From a virus (lineage: Duplodnaviria; Heunggongvirae; Uroviricota; Caudoviricetes), in the IMG/VR virus record IMGVR_UViG_3300046499_000850: a DNA stretch of 64,000 bases. One strand, given 5' to 3'. Below are positions 1-10,290 of this stretch, one piece after another. The number at the start of each line of letters is the position of its first letter. Position 1 is the stretch's first letter. A model generated the notes under the pieces. It was not told where the DNA came from and searched no databases. It saw nothing but the letters and a program-made list of their open reading frames with translations. Made by a program: the position numbers and the translations under genes.

Positions 1-863
1 ATGGCGAATTGGTCCCACAATGGCAGCAGGATGAACTCGGTCCGCTTGAAGATGTCCGGGAAGATTTTGATCCACTCTTCCCGGGTGTGCGTGGTGTTCG
101 CCATGATGTACGTCATGATGGCGTCTTTGATGGAGTCCACGTTGTCACCCGATGGGCCGTAGATCAGAACGCCCCAGTCCGTTTTGATGGTGTGGTTAGC
201 GTTTAGCGGATCGACGTAGTTATACGTATTGATCCGGGTCACGGTATTCGGATACTCTTCCTTGGCGAGCTGGATACGATCCATCATCGCTGAACTGGTC
301 AGCAGACCCACAATCCCTTCTACCTCATCACCTGGCTTGAAGAAGTTGTCCAGTGTATCGAATGGCGGGACTACGTAAATCTCGTATTCGTCGTACTGTT
401 GCTGAAAGCTAGCGTCAACAAACCACACCTTGATGAAATTCTCGGCGTAGTTGTTATCCGTCAAGCATTTCCACGACACCCATTCCGGGAGCGTGTGGAT
501 GCCATCCGACACCATATTCCCGCACACGAACTCCCCCGCTTTATCCACGAAATTGGTCAGCAGGTTTTCCAACAGCACGGACGGCAGGATATCAACTTGG
601 CCACCCAGGGTCTGGTTATAGATGAAGTTGCAGACGTCTAGCGTTTGCTGACTGATCAGAGTCGGGATCGGGATGGCGTTGTTGCCATCCTTGGAGATAA
701 ACGTTGTCAACAGCAGGTTGGGTGCTGTGACCTTGTTACTATAGTAACCCTTCTCCCGGGAGAAGGTCAAGCTGTTCGAGGACAGCTCACCCAGCTTCGC
801 AACCACACCAGGAGTATTGTTAGCGAAGGTGGTGTTGATAATGAAACTCTTCTGTACGTACAT
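1..863 (-). CDS. Virion structural protein (phiKZ gp157-like by synteny), truncated at window edge
   Basis: Not in the ORF track. Read manually from ATG at 863 (GGAG RBS): MYVQKSFIINTTFANNTPGVVAKLGELS..., open to position 1. Lies next to the RNase H/UvsX block. Confidence 0.65.
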   Translation of the reverse strand, partial: MYVQKSFIINTTFANNTPGVVAKLGELSSNSLTFSREKGYYSNKVTAPNLLLTTFISKDGNNAIPIPTLISQQTLDVCNFIYNQTLGGQVDILPSVLLENLLTNFVDKAGEFVCGNMVSDGIHTLPEWVSWKCLTDNNYAENFIKVWFVDASFQQQYDEYEIYVVPPFDTLDNFFKPGDEVEGIVGLLTSSAMMDRIQLAKEEYPNTVTRINTYNYVDPLNANHTIKTDWGVLIYGPSGDNVDSIKDAIMTYIMANTTHTREEWIKIFPDIFKRTEFILLPLWDQFA

Positions 864-966
864 CAAATTCTCCTGCCATGAGGGCGTGGGTGAAGAGATA
901 AAAAAGAGGCCAGCAATGAAAGACCTGTGGCCTTGTGTCTATAAAATAACTTAAAGGGATCGTAGG

Positions 967-1419
967 ATGTCTTTCTTTATGGTGGTATTCAAAGTCATTC
1001 CTTACATCGTGCCGTTCCTTAAGGAAATGATACTCGGTAAGAAGACTTGGCGGCAAGCATTCAAAGAAAATCGCATCAAGACGATCTTGACCTTCTTAAT
1101 GGCCATCTCGGTGGCGTTCAACGTCATCCTGACAGCCCGTATCGGTACGCTGGCGTTTCGGTATCTGGAACTCTCGCGCGCCAATGAAGAGCTGGAAAAG
1201 AAGTACCTGTTGTTAGAGAAGAGCAAAACCGGGATTGAAAGTTCGGCCCGACATCCCGTGGTGAACAACACCGAAATCGTGGGCGAAATGAAGAAGGACC
1301 AACCGCCGGCAACGCCGGCCAAACCGGCTAGTTCAACGCAATCGCACGACGCCAAACTGGCGGTTGATGTGATCGCCGATTTAGAACGTATCCGCAAACG
1401 CGAAGCGGTTGAGCGTTGA
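967..1419 (+). CDS. Candidate inner-membrane spanin (i-spanin-like)
   Basis: TM segment ILTFLMAISVAFNVILTA followed by a coiled-coil-like stretch; immediately upstream of a lipoprotein gene. Confidence 0.5.
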   Translation: MSFFMVVFKVIPYIVPFLKEMILGKKTWRQAFKENRIKTILTFLMAISVAFNVILTARIGTLAFRYLELSRANEELEKKYLLLEKSKTGIESSARHPVVNNTEIVGEMKKDQPPATPAKPASSTQSHDAKLAVDVIADLERIRKREAVER

Positions 1420-1442
1420 AATACTCCATGAGGACTCCTACC

Positions 1443-1877
1443 ATGAAACGTACGATTCAAGGCTTTACCGCAGTAGCGATATTTGTGCTGAGCGGGTGCA
1501 GCAGCTTTAACAACAGTTTCAACACCTACCACATCCCGACCACCGCTAAAGAAGAATCCATTCCGATGCCCGCCCAAAAGCTGGGGCAAGACGGGGATGA
1601 CCCGGCGCCGGTGGTCGAACCCAAAACACCCGTGAACCACGCCAAGGCCGAAGACAAGCCCAAGGCGCGTTGCGACGTGTCACCTTACCCAATTCCCGGC
1701 CATCCGCCTGAACTGCCTGACAAGGCGCTACGGGCGGCTGCTGGGGACGTTTATGCCCTAGAGCGGTTGGAGCGCATGCACATTGATGAGCTGCGCGCTT
1801 ATATTAGCGAACGACGTCGCCTTCAGCGCGAAGCGAAAGACGCGTTCTTGGAAAAGTGTGAGATCGTGAGTAAATAG
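1443..1877 (+). CDS. Lipoprotein, candidate o-spanin
   Basis: Signal MKRTIQGFTAVAIFVLSG-C with LSGC lipobox, Ser at +2, Pro-rich body; GAGG RBS before ATG 1443. Confidence 0.55.
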   Translation: MKRTIQGFTAVAIFVLSGCSSFNNSFNTYHIPTTAKEESIPMPAQKLGQDGDDPAPVVEPKTPVNHAKAEDKPKARCDVSPYPIPGHPPELPDKALRAAAGDVYALERLERMHIDELRAYISERRRLQREAKDAFLEKCEIVSK

Positions 1878-1968
1878 TAAAAGATTGCTGGAAGGGGATT
1901 TTTATCCCGGACTGTCATTGTCTAGACCAGTACGATCTCACAAACAATTTTCCCAATGGATGGATGGA

Positions 1969-3486
1969 ATGGCAAAGAAAAAAGAAGCGGTTGTCAAAGA
2001 ACCGGGGATGAAAGGGGCAGTACTCTTTGCAGATGGAAGTGCCCGTCCTAACCCAGGGTTTGCAGGTTGGGGCTTGCACGGTTATATCTACGAAGATATC
2101 GAGCCCACCAAAGGCACTGGCAATCCGGACTATGTCCTGACTGCGAATGACTACTTGACCAAGATCGTGAAAGCCACGGTGCCCGATGTCAAGCTCGTGA
2201 CCCCGGAACTGTACGTGGACGGTTACGGCGCGGTCCCGACCTCCTATGCTGCGGATGATCGCGGCAATACCAATAACCAAGGCGAGTTGATGGGTGCAAT
2301 CGAAGCCTTGAAGCTCACTGTCGAACACGACCTGAAGAAATTGCGGGTCTGGACCGATAGCCAATACGTGGTGACCAACATGGGTAACACCACCGCTTGG
2401 CAAAAGAATGGCTGGCGTTTGTCCAGTGGCGAAGAACCGAAGAACTTGGCGCTCTGGAAAGAGTTTGTTGCGTTGTGGCAGATCCTGCGCGACAAGGGCA
2501 TCGACATGGCGATCAACTGGAACAAAGGTCATGCCGGTAACTTCGGTAATGAACTGGCGGACGGTTTGGCGTTTGTGGGTATGCGCCACGCTACCAACGG
2601 TATCTATGAAAGCAAGATCGACCTTTCCCCGGCCGACGGGTATTGGAAGTACGAAACCAACCGTCACCCGTTCATCGGTCACCGTCGCATGTATTACAAC
2701 ACCTTGCCAGAAGCGAATCTGCCGGGTGAATACTGTCTGGGCGAACACGACAAGGAAGACGATCTGGCCGGTAAGCGGATGGCCAACGGCGCGTATGCCT
2801 ACATCCGTCTGGAGAAACCAGAGACGGTGTTAGAGAAGGTGCGGCAACATAGCTGCAAGCTCGCCAACGGTGAAGACACCGTCATGATCGCACGTGTGGA
2901 CTACATTTACCGGGCTGAAGTCCACGAGTATCTGGACTGCTATGGCGACGTCGTGTTGAACAACCCGCCGGACGCCAAGTCGTATCTGGACGCTGTGATC
3001 CGTAACAAGAAAGAAGCGGTCACGACGGAACACAATCCGCCGCTCCTGATCGGCCGCGCCGAGCAAGAACTCGGTCAGCTCAAGGATATTCTCGACGACT
3101 ATCTGAAGGCTCCGCAAGACCTGGTCACGACCGACCTGACTCCTTTAATTTATGAGTCAATTGTGGAAACCAGTAAGAAAGGTGAAGAGAAGCGTCTCAC
3201 CAAGTTGCGTCCTGAATTCATCGTCGGGGCGTCGAAAATGGAAGCGAATGTGAACTATCGTCACACCGATGGTAGCATCCGCCAGACCAACATTAGCCTC
3301 ATTCTGGGGCTCGATTTACTGGATCGCAATGCATTACGTCGACTCGAAGAACTGGAACCGGAAGTCCGCTTAGTGACCTGGTTGGAAGAGCCACAAGCCT
3401 TCCGATTTGCAACCATCATCAAAGTGAAGGGCGCAGTAGGGATCTGGGCGGGTTCATATTCGAACTTGCGCTTAATCCTCAACTAG
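1969..3486 (+). CDS. rnhA: Ribonuclease H with C-terminal extension (phiKZ gp155-like)
   Basis: RNase HI motifs FADGSARPNPG, TNNQGEL, WTDSQYV, WNKGHAGNFGNELADGLA; start refined to ATG 1969. Confidence 0.9.
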   Translation: MAKKKEAVVKEPGMKGAVLFADGSARPNPGFAGWGLHGYIYEDIEPTKGTGNPDYVLTANDYLTKIVKATVPDVKLVTPELYVDGYGAVPTSYAADDRGNTNNQGELMGAIEALKLTVEHDLKKLRVWTDSQYVVTNMGNTTAWQKNGWRLSSGEEPKNLALWKEFVALWQILRDKGIDMAINWNKGHAGNFGNELADGLAFVGMRHATNGIYESKIDLSPADGYWKYETNRHPFIGHRRMYYNTLPEANLPGEYCLGEHDKEDDLAGKRMANGAYAYIRLEKPETVLEKVRQHSCKLANGEDTVMIARVDYIYRAEVHEYLDCYGDVVLNNPPDAKSYLDAVIRNKKEAVTTEHNPPLLIGRAEQELGQLKDILDDYLKAPQDLVTTDLTPLIYESIVETSKKGEEKRLTKLRPEFIVGASKMEANVNYRHTDGSIRQTNISLILGLDLLDRNALRRLEELEPEVRLVTWLEEPQAFRFATIIKVKGAVGIWAGSYSNLRLILN

Positions 3487-3532
3487 AAGGAGAGAGCTTT
3501 ACCAAAACGGGATTGTCCCAAGGAGTCTAACC

Positions 3533-3934
3533 ATGCTCAGGCATTTTGTCAGTAACGTAGTGAACGAACGCATGCCCATCAAAACGAAGCGGCAAGTGTT
3601 TTTGGTTTCGTTCGCCGCGTTATTGCGAGGCGCGACAACGTTTGACAAGGAGATCTTCAAGAAGTTAAATCGGGTGCTGGCGTTATCGGAATCCGGTGAA
3701 ACCGCCCTGGCTGTCCCAGCGATCCTTTCGAAGGTGATCTGGAACGGCAAAACTTCCTATGAAGTCTGTCAGGAAGATGTGATGGAAGGTACTTTCAGTG
3801 CTGCCCGCATTTCTTCGGTCGTGGCCAACATTTTGAACAGTATGCCCAAGTGTCTTCTTTACGGGACCACTGAAGACATTGAGAAAGACATCGGCGTCAT
3901 TCTGAAAGGTCGTATCGAGCTGTTAGGCGCCTAA
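3533..3934 (+). CDS. Hypothetical protein
   Basis: 133-aa ORF with AAGGAG RBS, followed by a terminator. Confidence 0.65.
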   Translation: MLRHFVSNVVNERMPIKTKRQVFLVSFAALLRGATTFDKEIFKKLNRVLALSESGETALAVPAILSKVIWNGKTSYEVCQEDVMEGTFSAARISSVVANILNSMPKCLLYGTTEDIEKDIGVILKGRIELLGA

Positions 3935-3958
3935 GCCCCGCGCCCTTAACAACATAGA

Positions 3959-3989
3959 ACCCATCTGCCCCTGACCGGAGCAGATGGGG
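3959..3989. terminator. Bidirectional terminator hairpin
   Basis: CCATCTGC...GCAGATGG between convergent genes. Confidence 0.7.
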
Positions 3990-4000
3990 CCTTTATGCCG

Positions 4001-4867
4001 TTACTTGGCTTGGTCGTTCTCTTTCAGGATCGCGCTGACCTTGTTCATGGTGTCGCCGATCGCAGTGTTGATCGTCATCACGCGGTAGTATGCAGCCGCG
4101 AAGAATTCGAGTTCTGCACCTGCTTGGTAAGCGCCGCTGGCCAGGTTGTTGGTTACTTCCGGACCCGCACCCTCGAACTCGTTGTTCTTGATCTGCTTGA
4201 TGATGGTGCCGAGTTGTGCATTGCACTCTTCAGCCTTCTTGTGCAGGTCATCACGGTTGATGGTGTTGATCAGGTGGTCGATCTCGGTGATACTTTTGAA
4301 GACGTCGCTCCAGTCGGCATTGCGGTCCACCACGTCACCGTAGGTGCGCTCTGCACGTGAGGAACCTGGCTTGAAGCACTTGGCGAGTCGTTTGGTCAGT
4401 TCCGCACGGGTCTTCTCCATCTTGGCATACGCCGCATCGTGCGGCATCGTGGTGACCTTGAGCTGACGGTTGGTGATGATCTGGGCCAGGTAGACCGAGT
4501 ATTCGTTCAGGGTCGTCAGGGTGGTTTCGTGGCAATGCAGCACCACTTCACGCAGCACCGCCAGGTACTCCAGATACGGTACATCCAGACCTTCCGGAAC
4601 ATATGCCAGCAGTGGCGAAAGATTCAGGTATACCCGACCATCGAGTTGGCGCAGAAAGTCGCGCTCGTTGCTTTTGAGTTGCGCCGCCGGCTCGGTCTTG
4701 CTGAAGTTGTGGATGAAGCTTTGGAAGTTCTTCTGGATGCTCGGGATCAGGTTTTGCAGCGAGTGGATGATCCCCGACATCGTGAAGGTTTCGTGGCTGA
4801 TGACATTGCGCAGGTGATCCATCTCTTGGATCGGATCAATGGTCAGCAAGGGTTGGATGGATTTCAT
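4001..4867 (-). CDS. Putative virion structural protein (phiKZ gp153-like by synteny)
   Basis: Helical ORF, likely start MKSIQ at 4867; early SHE motif fits the S/A/G-x-E head protease site; divergent from uvsX. Confidence 0.6.
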   Translation of the reverse strand: MKSIQPLLTIDPIQEMDHLRNVISHETFTMSGIIHSLQNLIPSIQKNFQSFIHNFSKTEPAAQLKSNERDFLRQLDGRVYLNLSPLLAYVPEGLDVPYLEYLAVLREVVLHCHETTLTTLNEYSVYLAQIITNRQLKVTTMPHDAAYAKMEKTRAELTKRLAKCFKPGSSRAERTYGDVVDRNADWSDVFKSITEIDHLINTINRDDLHKKAEECNAQLGTIIKQIKNNEFEGAGPEVTNNLASGAYQAGAELEFFAAAYYRVMTINTAIGDTMNKVSAILKENDQAK

Positions 4868-5016
4868 AGTCGAGATCTTTTCACAAAAGTTGGAAAACGA
4901 ACAGGTAACCGATAAACATATCGGGAATTGTACACATAAAATTAAATGGCCGAGCATCATTATCTGGCCAAGGACGGTTCAATGTCCCATCATTTCACAA
5001 GAAAACGGAGCAGCAC

Positions 5017-6585
5017 GTGAGCTTACTACCCGGCAATCTTCAACAAGCAGCATATATCAACCCGTCCATTCCGGTGGGCGCAGGGTTCGATATCCTGAAC
5101 GGCAGCTACTATAAAGGCTTGAAGCGCCAATTCATTTTGTCGGGCGGTCTTTCCTACATCATGGGGATTGCCGCCAAAGGTAACGTCGGCAAATCGACGC
5201 TCGCCGAATGGTTCATGTACACCGCGCTCGGTCGTGTTACGCCGTGGGATTTCGAGAAACCCAGCGTCGGTATCTTCTACGACACCGAAATCAACAAGAA
5301 CGAACCACGCATGAACGATCTGCAACTGGCGATTCGTGATCTGTGTGGTCGCTCGTTGTTCTCAGCTGGTCGCTTTAGCTTGACCAACAAAGTCAACTAC
5401 AGTGGCAACAAGTTCTTCGACATGATGAAGGACTGGCTGGATGAGAAGCGCAAGGATCGCAAGAACCAGTACGACACCCCGTTCGCTGACCGCGGCGGCA
5501 AGACGGCGTTCCGTATGTTTGTGCCGACCGCATCGGCGGTGGACTCGCTCTCCGAATTCGACACCGACGACATCGACAAAGTCCGTGACAAGACTGAGCT
5601 GGGTACCGGCGACCAAAACATCCTGAACATGCGTGGTGGTTTAGTGAAGGCCAACTTCCTGACTGAACTACCACGGGTAACGATCCAAGCCAACAACTAC
5701 ACCGTGCTCGTGGCCCAGATGGGTAAGAACATGGATGTGGGTGCCTCTCCGCATGCACCGAAACCGCAGCAGCTCAAAGGCTTGCCGTCATCGGAAGCGA
5801 TCAAGGGCGCCACGGCCAAGTTCACATTCGCGACCCATGACTGCTGGTGGATCGAATCGTCCGCGCCATTCTGGGATGACGAGATGAAGCCCGAGTACCC
5901 CATCGAAGCAGGGCTGGCGCGTGTCAAGGATACCGACCTGCAACTCTCGAAGCTCAAGTGCCTGCGTTCGAAAGGTGGTCCATCGCTCGTCACCCACGAA
6001 ATCTTGGTCTCACAGAAAACCGGCGTGATGCCGGAACTGACTGAGTTCCATTACCTGCGCAAGTGCAAGCGCTGGGGTATGGAAGTCTCGGGGGGTGGCG
6101 GGTCGATCATGGAAATGATGCTGTACCCTGGCGTCAAGGTTACCCGCAATACGGTTCGCATGAAGATCGAAGAAGATGCATTATTCCGTCGTGCTTTGAA
6201 CTTCACGATGGAAATGAAGCAGATGGATGAGCATTGGGCTTGGATCAACGACGAAGGTTGGTTCGTGCAACCGGATGAGCTATACAAGGGTCTGGTGGCG
6301 CGCGGTTATGATTGGAAAGTGTTGCTCAACACCCGTGGTTACTGGTGCTTGGGTGAAGGCCCATGCCCGGAGCTGTCGACCATCGACTTGTTCCGGATGT
6401 ACCACGGCGGTTACCATCCGTATTGGTACGACAAGGTTGCCGGCCCGGAAGCCGCCAAGCAGGTCAACAAAGGCCCGTACGAGTCCGTCTACAATGCCAT
6501 GGAATTGGGGGCGCTGCTCACCGACATGGAAGAAGGGCGGGCACTGTACGGTTTTGCCAAAGAACTGGAAATGAAGCCGGCGTAA
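5017..6585 (+). CDS. uvsX: UvsX/RecA-like recombinase (phiKZ gp152-like)
   Basis: Walker A AKGNVGKST, FYDTE, Walker B AVDSLSE, KCLRSKGG. Confidence 0.85.
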   Translation: MSLLPGNLQQAAYINPSIPVGAGFDILNGSYYKGLKRQFILSGGLSYIMGIAAKGNVGKSTLAEWFMYTALGRVTPWDFEKPSVGIFYDTEINKNEPRMNDLQLAIRDLCGRSLFSAGRFSLTNKVNYSGNKFFDMMKDWLDEKRKDRKNQYDTPFADRGGKTAFRMFVPTASAVDSLSEFDTDDIDKVRDKTELGTGDQNILNMRGGLVKANFLTELPRVTIQANNYTVLVAQMGKNMDVGASPHAPKPQQLKGLPSSEAIKGATAKFTFATHDCWWIESSAPFWDDEMKPEYPIEAGLARVKDTDLQLSKLKCLRSKGGPSLVTHEILVSQKTGVMPELTEFHYLRKCKRWGMEVSGGGGSIMEMMLYPGVKVTRNTVRMKIEEDALFRRALNFTMEMKQMDEHWAWINDEGWFVQPDELYKGLVARGYDWKVLLNTRGYWCLGEGPCPELSTIDLFRMYHGGYHPYWYDKVAGPEAAKQVNKGPYESVYNAMELGALLTDMEEGRALYGFAKELEMKPA

Positions 6586-6595
6586 TCAACGAACA

Positions 6596-6631
6596 GGGGG
6601 GCGGTTGCAACTTAACCGCTCCCGTCCTTTT
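6596..6631 (+). terminator. Intrinsic terminator
   Basis: GGGGCGGTT...AACCGCTCC hairpin plus T run after uvsX. Confidence 0.55.
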
Positions 6632-6642
6632 AAGAAGAAAAC

Positions 6643-6825
6643 ATGCGACTTCTTTATATCCTCATGGGTGTTCTCAGTGCGATGGTGGGGTACCAGATCC
6701 ATCACGACGAATTCTGGGCATTCATGAATGTTCTGTTCTGGCCAGCTTCGTGGATCTGGTGGGTGATGTATCATGAAGTCACCCTCACGATCATCAAAAC
6801 GTCTTTCGAGTGGTTCTTCAAATGA
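6643..6825 (+). CDS. Small membrane protein
   Basis: 60 aa, two hydrophobic segments. Confidence 0.55.
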   Translation: MRLLYILMGVLSAMVGYQIHHDEFWAFMNVLFWPASWIWWVMYHEVTLTIIKTSFEWFFK

Positions 6826-7058
6826 CACAACCAGATCCCAATAACCCGCGCTTCTCGCGGGATTCGTATGTCCGTCACCGCAAAGGTGGTGTTTACAAGA
6901 TCCGACTCACTCCCGTCAACGTGAAGCTGGAAGCCACCGCAGAACCAGCTTATGTGTACGAAGCTGAAGACGGTTCGATCTGGTGCCGCTCGCAAGTTGA
7001 GATGGAAGACGGTCGCTTCACGGAATACCTCGAACCCGTGGCGGCAATCTACCAATGA
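6822..7058 (+). CDS. DUF1653-like small protein
   Basis: YVRHRKGGVYKI...EATAEPAYVYEAEDGSIWCRSQVEMEDGRF pattern; ATGA overlap with the upstream gene. Confidence 0.7.
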   Translation: MTQPDPNNPRFSRDSYVRHRKGGVYKIRLTPVNVKLEATAEPAYVYEAEDGSIWCRSQVEMEDGRFTEYLEPVAAIYQ

Positions 7059-7225
7059 GCACCAACCGCACAGTCTTACTTATGCTGACCGTACTTTTGA
7101 CTCTCTGCGGTAGCATGGGTTCTCTGGTGAAAGGATTCCCCTTGCAAGCGATCTGGGGGTTGTTGCTGGGGATCTTTTTGATCCTTGTTCAAATCCTTGT
7201 TGAAGTCATTGAGCGGCTGAAGTAA
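7055..7225 (+). CDS. Small two-TM membrane protein (56 aa)
   Basis: Below the ORF-track cutoff: MSTNRTVLLMLTVLLTLCGSMGSLVKGFPLQAIWGLLLGIFLILVQILVEVIERLK; ATGA overlap. Confidence 0.55.
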   Translation: MSTNRTVLLMLTVLLTLCGSMGSLVKGFPLQAIWGLLLGIFLILVQILVEVIERLK

Positions 7226-7286
7226 TCAGCCTTTTTTATGTTGTCAGGAAATTAGTTTCCTGGTATAAATTTATTGGTAATTAAAT

Positions 7287-7751
7287 ATGTCGAATATGGA
7301 TACTGTAGAAGAAGGAATGTCGTCAAATAACGAAGAGATCACCACGGTTGAATTCCGTGAAGTGGTCGAGGAAACCCAATCCCAAGATAAGCCGCTGTCG
7401 ATCGCCGAAACCGTCGTCATGATGATGGAAGAAGCGAACGTTGCTGACACCGAAAGTTGGAAGGAAGGTCTGAGCGAAGAAGCCCTGACCTCCCCCGACT
7501 TGAACGTGCAGCGTTTCTTGATGAACCGCCATTGGCGCGGTTTGTTGGCTGACCTGGATACCATCGAAGAAATCAAGAAGACCACGAACGCTCGTGGCTG
7601 CTTGCAAGATGGTCGCTGGGATCTGGAAGACTGGATCACTCACTTCAAAAAGGATGTCATTCCATGCGCGATTCTCGTGGGAGTCCTGAAAGTCAAACCT
7701 CAGGACGAGTCGACAAAGAGCGACTCAACGAATTCGACTACCGAATCGTAG
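7287..7751 (+). CDS. Acidic hypothetical protein
   Basis: 154-aa ORF. Confidence 0.55.
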   Translation: MSNMDTVEEGMSSNNEEITTVEFREVVEETQSQDKPLSIAETVVMMMEEANVADTESWKEGLSEEALTSPDLNVQRFLMNRHWRGLLADLDTIEEIKKTTNARGCLQDGRWDLEDWITHFKKDVIPCAILVGVLKVKPQDESTKSDSTNSTTES

Positions 7752-8230
7752 TCTTCGGCGTCCAAGGTTTCGAAGACGCTTCGCTATTCCACCAATGCAT
7801 GCTGAAATTCCTGAAAGACAGTCGTCTCAATCGGGAAGAAGATAGAAAGAAGGTCGTCTTCATTACAGGTGCTGGTAAATCCGGCGTGGATAAGTTGTTT
7901 CATGACTGGGTCCGCGAGCATGATTATCATTGGGCAGAGTTCTATCCCAATTGGAAGGATATCGAAGTGGAGGGCGCCATTGTGCGGTATCGTGATGGCA
8001 AGCCATACAACTCCGTGGCGGGGTTCTGGCGCGATGAAGAAATGGCGGAAGTTTGTACTCATGGAGTCTCTTTCTATGACGGGGTATCATCCGGTACCCG
8101 TGACATGATCGATCGCGTAACGGAGAAGGGTAGTCCGTGCGCGATGTATCTTGTCACCGTAGAGATAAACGAGGACAAGCATGCCAAAGAACAGAAAGGC
8201 GGCGGAAGCCGTTATTCTTCAGCGTATTGA
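7664..8230 (+). CDS. SLOG superfamily (YspA/DUF2493-like) protein
   Basis: RIVVFGVQGF, VFITGAGKSGVD, GFWRDEEMAE, FYDGVSSGTRDMI; start uncertain. Confidence 0.65.
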   Translation: MRDSRGSPESQTSGRVDKERLNEFDYRIVVFGVQGFEDASLFHQCMLKFLKDSRLNREEDRKKVVFITGAGKSGVDKLFHDWVREHDYHWAEFYPNWKDIEVEGAIVRYRDGKPYNSVAGFWRDEEMAEVCTHGVSFYDGVSSGTRDMIDRVTEKGSPCAMYLVTVEINEDKHAKEQKGGGSRYSSAY

Positions 8231-8861
8231 ACAGATGGCTCCTGGTGGTCCGACACCACAGATTTATCGCGACATGTTCGCGAAGATGGACGACCAGGCA
8301 TTCGACGCCTTCATGATGAAGTTGAAACACCGGCAGGGACGTTTGGCAATCATTGCACCCAACATGGCCAAGAGCGGCAGCCTCACAATCGAGAATGCGC
8401 TCCACATGGCCGAGTCGATGGGGCACGATTTTTACCAGCGCATTTGGATCAATCCGAATGACGGTAAGACGCCAGCGTTCCTGACCAACAAGACGTACTT
8501 GGTGCTGGATCTACCGTATCGTCGTCAGGCCCAGTTGCTGGAAAAGAAAGCGCGTATCCCGAAGCACAACCGTTCTATCGATGAACTAACCGGTCAAGCG
8601 GCAGGGGATTCGAAAGGCAGTAAGTTGTCGTCCCCTGAGATTCAGGTGCTGGCGGCGCTCGATCTGCCGAACATGATCACGGAGCAAATCAAGTTCCGTG
8701 GCGGTGACGTGAAGGGCTTTGACGCCATGAACAACATGATCGACAAGACGGGCGCAGTGTCGATGGAAGCGATTGCGCATCTGGCTGGTGGGGTGGAGTC
8801 GACCAAGACGTTGTCCACCTACTTGACCAGCATGCACTTGTCAAACACTCTTGCCAGCTGA
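8181..8861 (+). CDS. Virion RNA polymerase beta subunit, C-terminal part (phiKZ gp149-like)
   Basis: RSIDELTGQAAGDSKGSKLSSPEIQVLAA resembles the beta C-terminal region; KFRGGD. Confidence 0.8.
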   Translation: MPKNRKAAEAVILQRIEQMAPGGPTPQIYRDMFAKMDDQAFDAFMMKLKHRQGRLAIIAPNMAKSGSLTIENALHMAESMGHDFYQRIWINPNDGKTPAFLTNKTYLVLDLPYRRQAQLLEKKARIPKHNRSIDELTGQAAGDSKGSKLSSPEIQVLAALDLPNMITEQIKFRGGDVKGFDAMNNMIDKTGAVSMEAIAHLAGGVESTKTLSTYLTSMHLSNTLAS

Positions 8862-9448
8862 TGGCATTTTTTATGCCAGAAGTTAAGAAATCAATAATGA
8901 ATAATCCGACCAGCTCGGTTAACGACGAGGTATTTGACTTGTCCAAAATCAAATCGTGTTTCATCGCTTCGGTCGGACAAACCCTGTCTAACCTGGGTGC
9001 GGAAGATGGTCTGATGGTGCGTCGCGAATTGCTGACGATCATCGGTGGCCAGACAGTGCCGTATATGTTTTCGCCGGACTTCATTCAAGAGTTGCGTGAC
9101 AAGGTCTTCGAAAACGAGACCTTCCGTGACTGGTTGCTGAATGCCAGGTTCGTGTTCTTCATGAATTTGGCGGCGCAGTATGGCCGAGAGATGGTGAGCT
9201 TCGTGGTCGATAACTTGGCCCGGAGCGCTTCGCTCGATTTAGGAGCGGAAGAGTTTTTAGACGCTGACCAAATAAACTTGGTAGATAAAGTCAATGAAGT
9301 CCCGCCGCAAGTGCAGCAGGAACTCATGCCTTACCGTGCAGTGAAAACTGCGTTGGCTGCCAATACCTGGATGGTGGTGATCATGATGGCGATCGCTTTC
9401 ATCAACCTGGAGCATGAAGTCTTACAAATGCCCGGAACAAAACAATAA
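8861..9448 (+). CDS. Hypothetical protein
   Basis: 195-aa ORF in operon. Confidence 0.6.
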   Translation: MAFFMPEVKKSIMNNPTSSVNDEVFDLSKIKSCFIASVGQTLSNLGAEDGLMVRRELLTIIGGQTVPYMFSPDFIQELRDKVFENETFRDWLLNARFVFFMNLAAQYGREMVSFVVDNLARSASLDLGAEEFLDADQINLVDKVNEVPPQVQQELMPYRAVKTALAANTWMVVIMMAIAFINLEHEVLQMPGTKQ

Positions 9449-9491
9449 GTAGTTTCCCAAGAAACAAGAGACCTGAAAGAAGACACGCGCC

Positions 9492-10235
9492 ATGAGTGCT
9501 GTGCCAACTCCAACGGTGTCGAGTATCCTGATTTCTCTGGACGTGTTGCTCGACACCCGTGCAGGCACCTTAGCAAAAATGCTAGGACCTGACCAAGTTG
9601 TAGAAATTCTCAAAGGGAACTATCACACCCGCAAGGACGATAAATTCCCAGCAGTTGATGTGGAAGCCTTTAGCGCCATGTACGCTAGACGCGATGAAGA
9701 GACGCTTTCGTTATCATACTCGACCAACATCGAGGTGTTCCTGCGTGAACTCGTTCATACGCTGATTAAGCAAGCACTTGCTAGGCCCTTCCACCAAGGT
9801 GTGCGTGTTGTTGTCAATACGTATCCATACCAGCTTTCTGACGATGTCCTGGAGCAGATCCTGGGAGCCGTAGTCGCTAAGTTACTAGCCGACATTGAGG
9901 TCGAAGTCCCTCTCCGAGTCGAAGCCGAACACTTACCCGATGAAGCGCTTAACCCCGAACACTGCAAGCAGACGTACGCAGCCATGCTGATGTATGACTA
10001 CGAGCACTGGTTATCAATGCACCAGCTCGCGCTTATCCAAAGACCTATGCCGGAGGTCACCCTTTTCGCGCCAGCTATTTACTTTGTTCAGACGCCTACT
10101 GAAGAAGACATTGCCGAAGCAAAAGCCGAATTCCAGATGCACCCATTTGAGTTGTTAGAGAAATCCGTCAAAGGCGGAGTCAACCTTCAGTTATTGCCAG
10201 TTGAACTTTTCAGCATTGTTAAGCCAGCCACCTGA
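9492..10235 (+). CDS. Conserved jumbo-phage protein with HAD-like N-terminus (phiKZ gp147-like)
   Basis: ILISLDVLLDTRAGTL, VVNTYPYQL motifs. Confidence 0.6.
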   Translation: MSAVPTPTVSSILISLDVLLDTRAGTLAKMLGPDQVVEILKGNYHTRKDDKFPAVDVEAFSAMYARRDEETLSLSYSTNIEVFLRELVHTLIKQALARPFHQGVRVVVNTYPYQLSDDVLEQILGAVVAKLLADIEVEVPLRVEAEHLPDEALNPEHCKQTYAAMLMYDYEHWLSMHQLALIQRPMPEVTLFAPAIYFVQTPTEEDIAEAKAEFQMHPFELLEKSVKGGVNLQLLPVELFSIVKPAT

Positions 10236-10290
10236 CAACATACGCCCTGCTACCCGCGCGCAAGCGCAGGTAGCAGTGCTGAATACGTCA

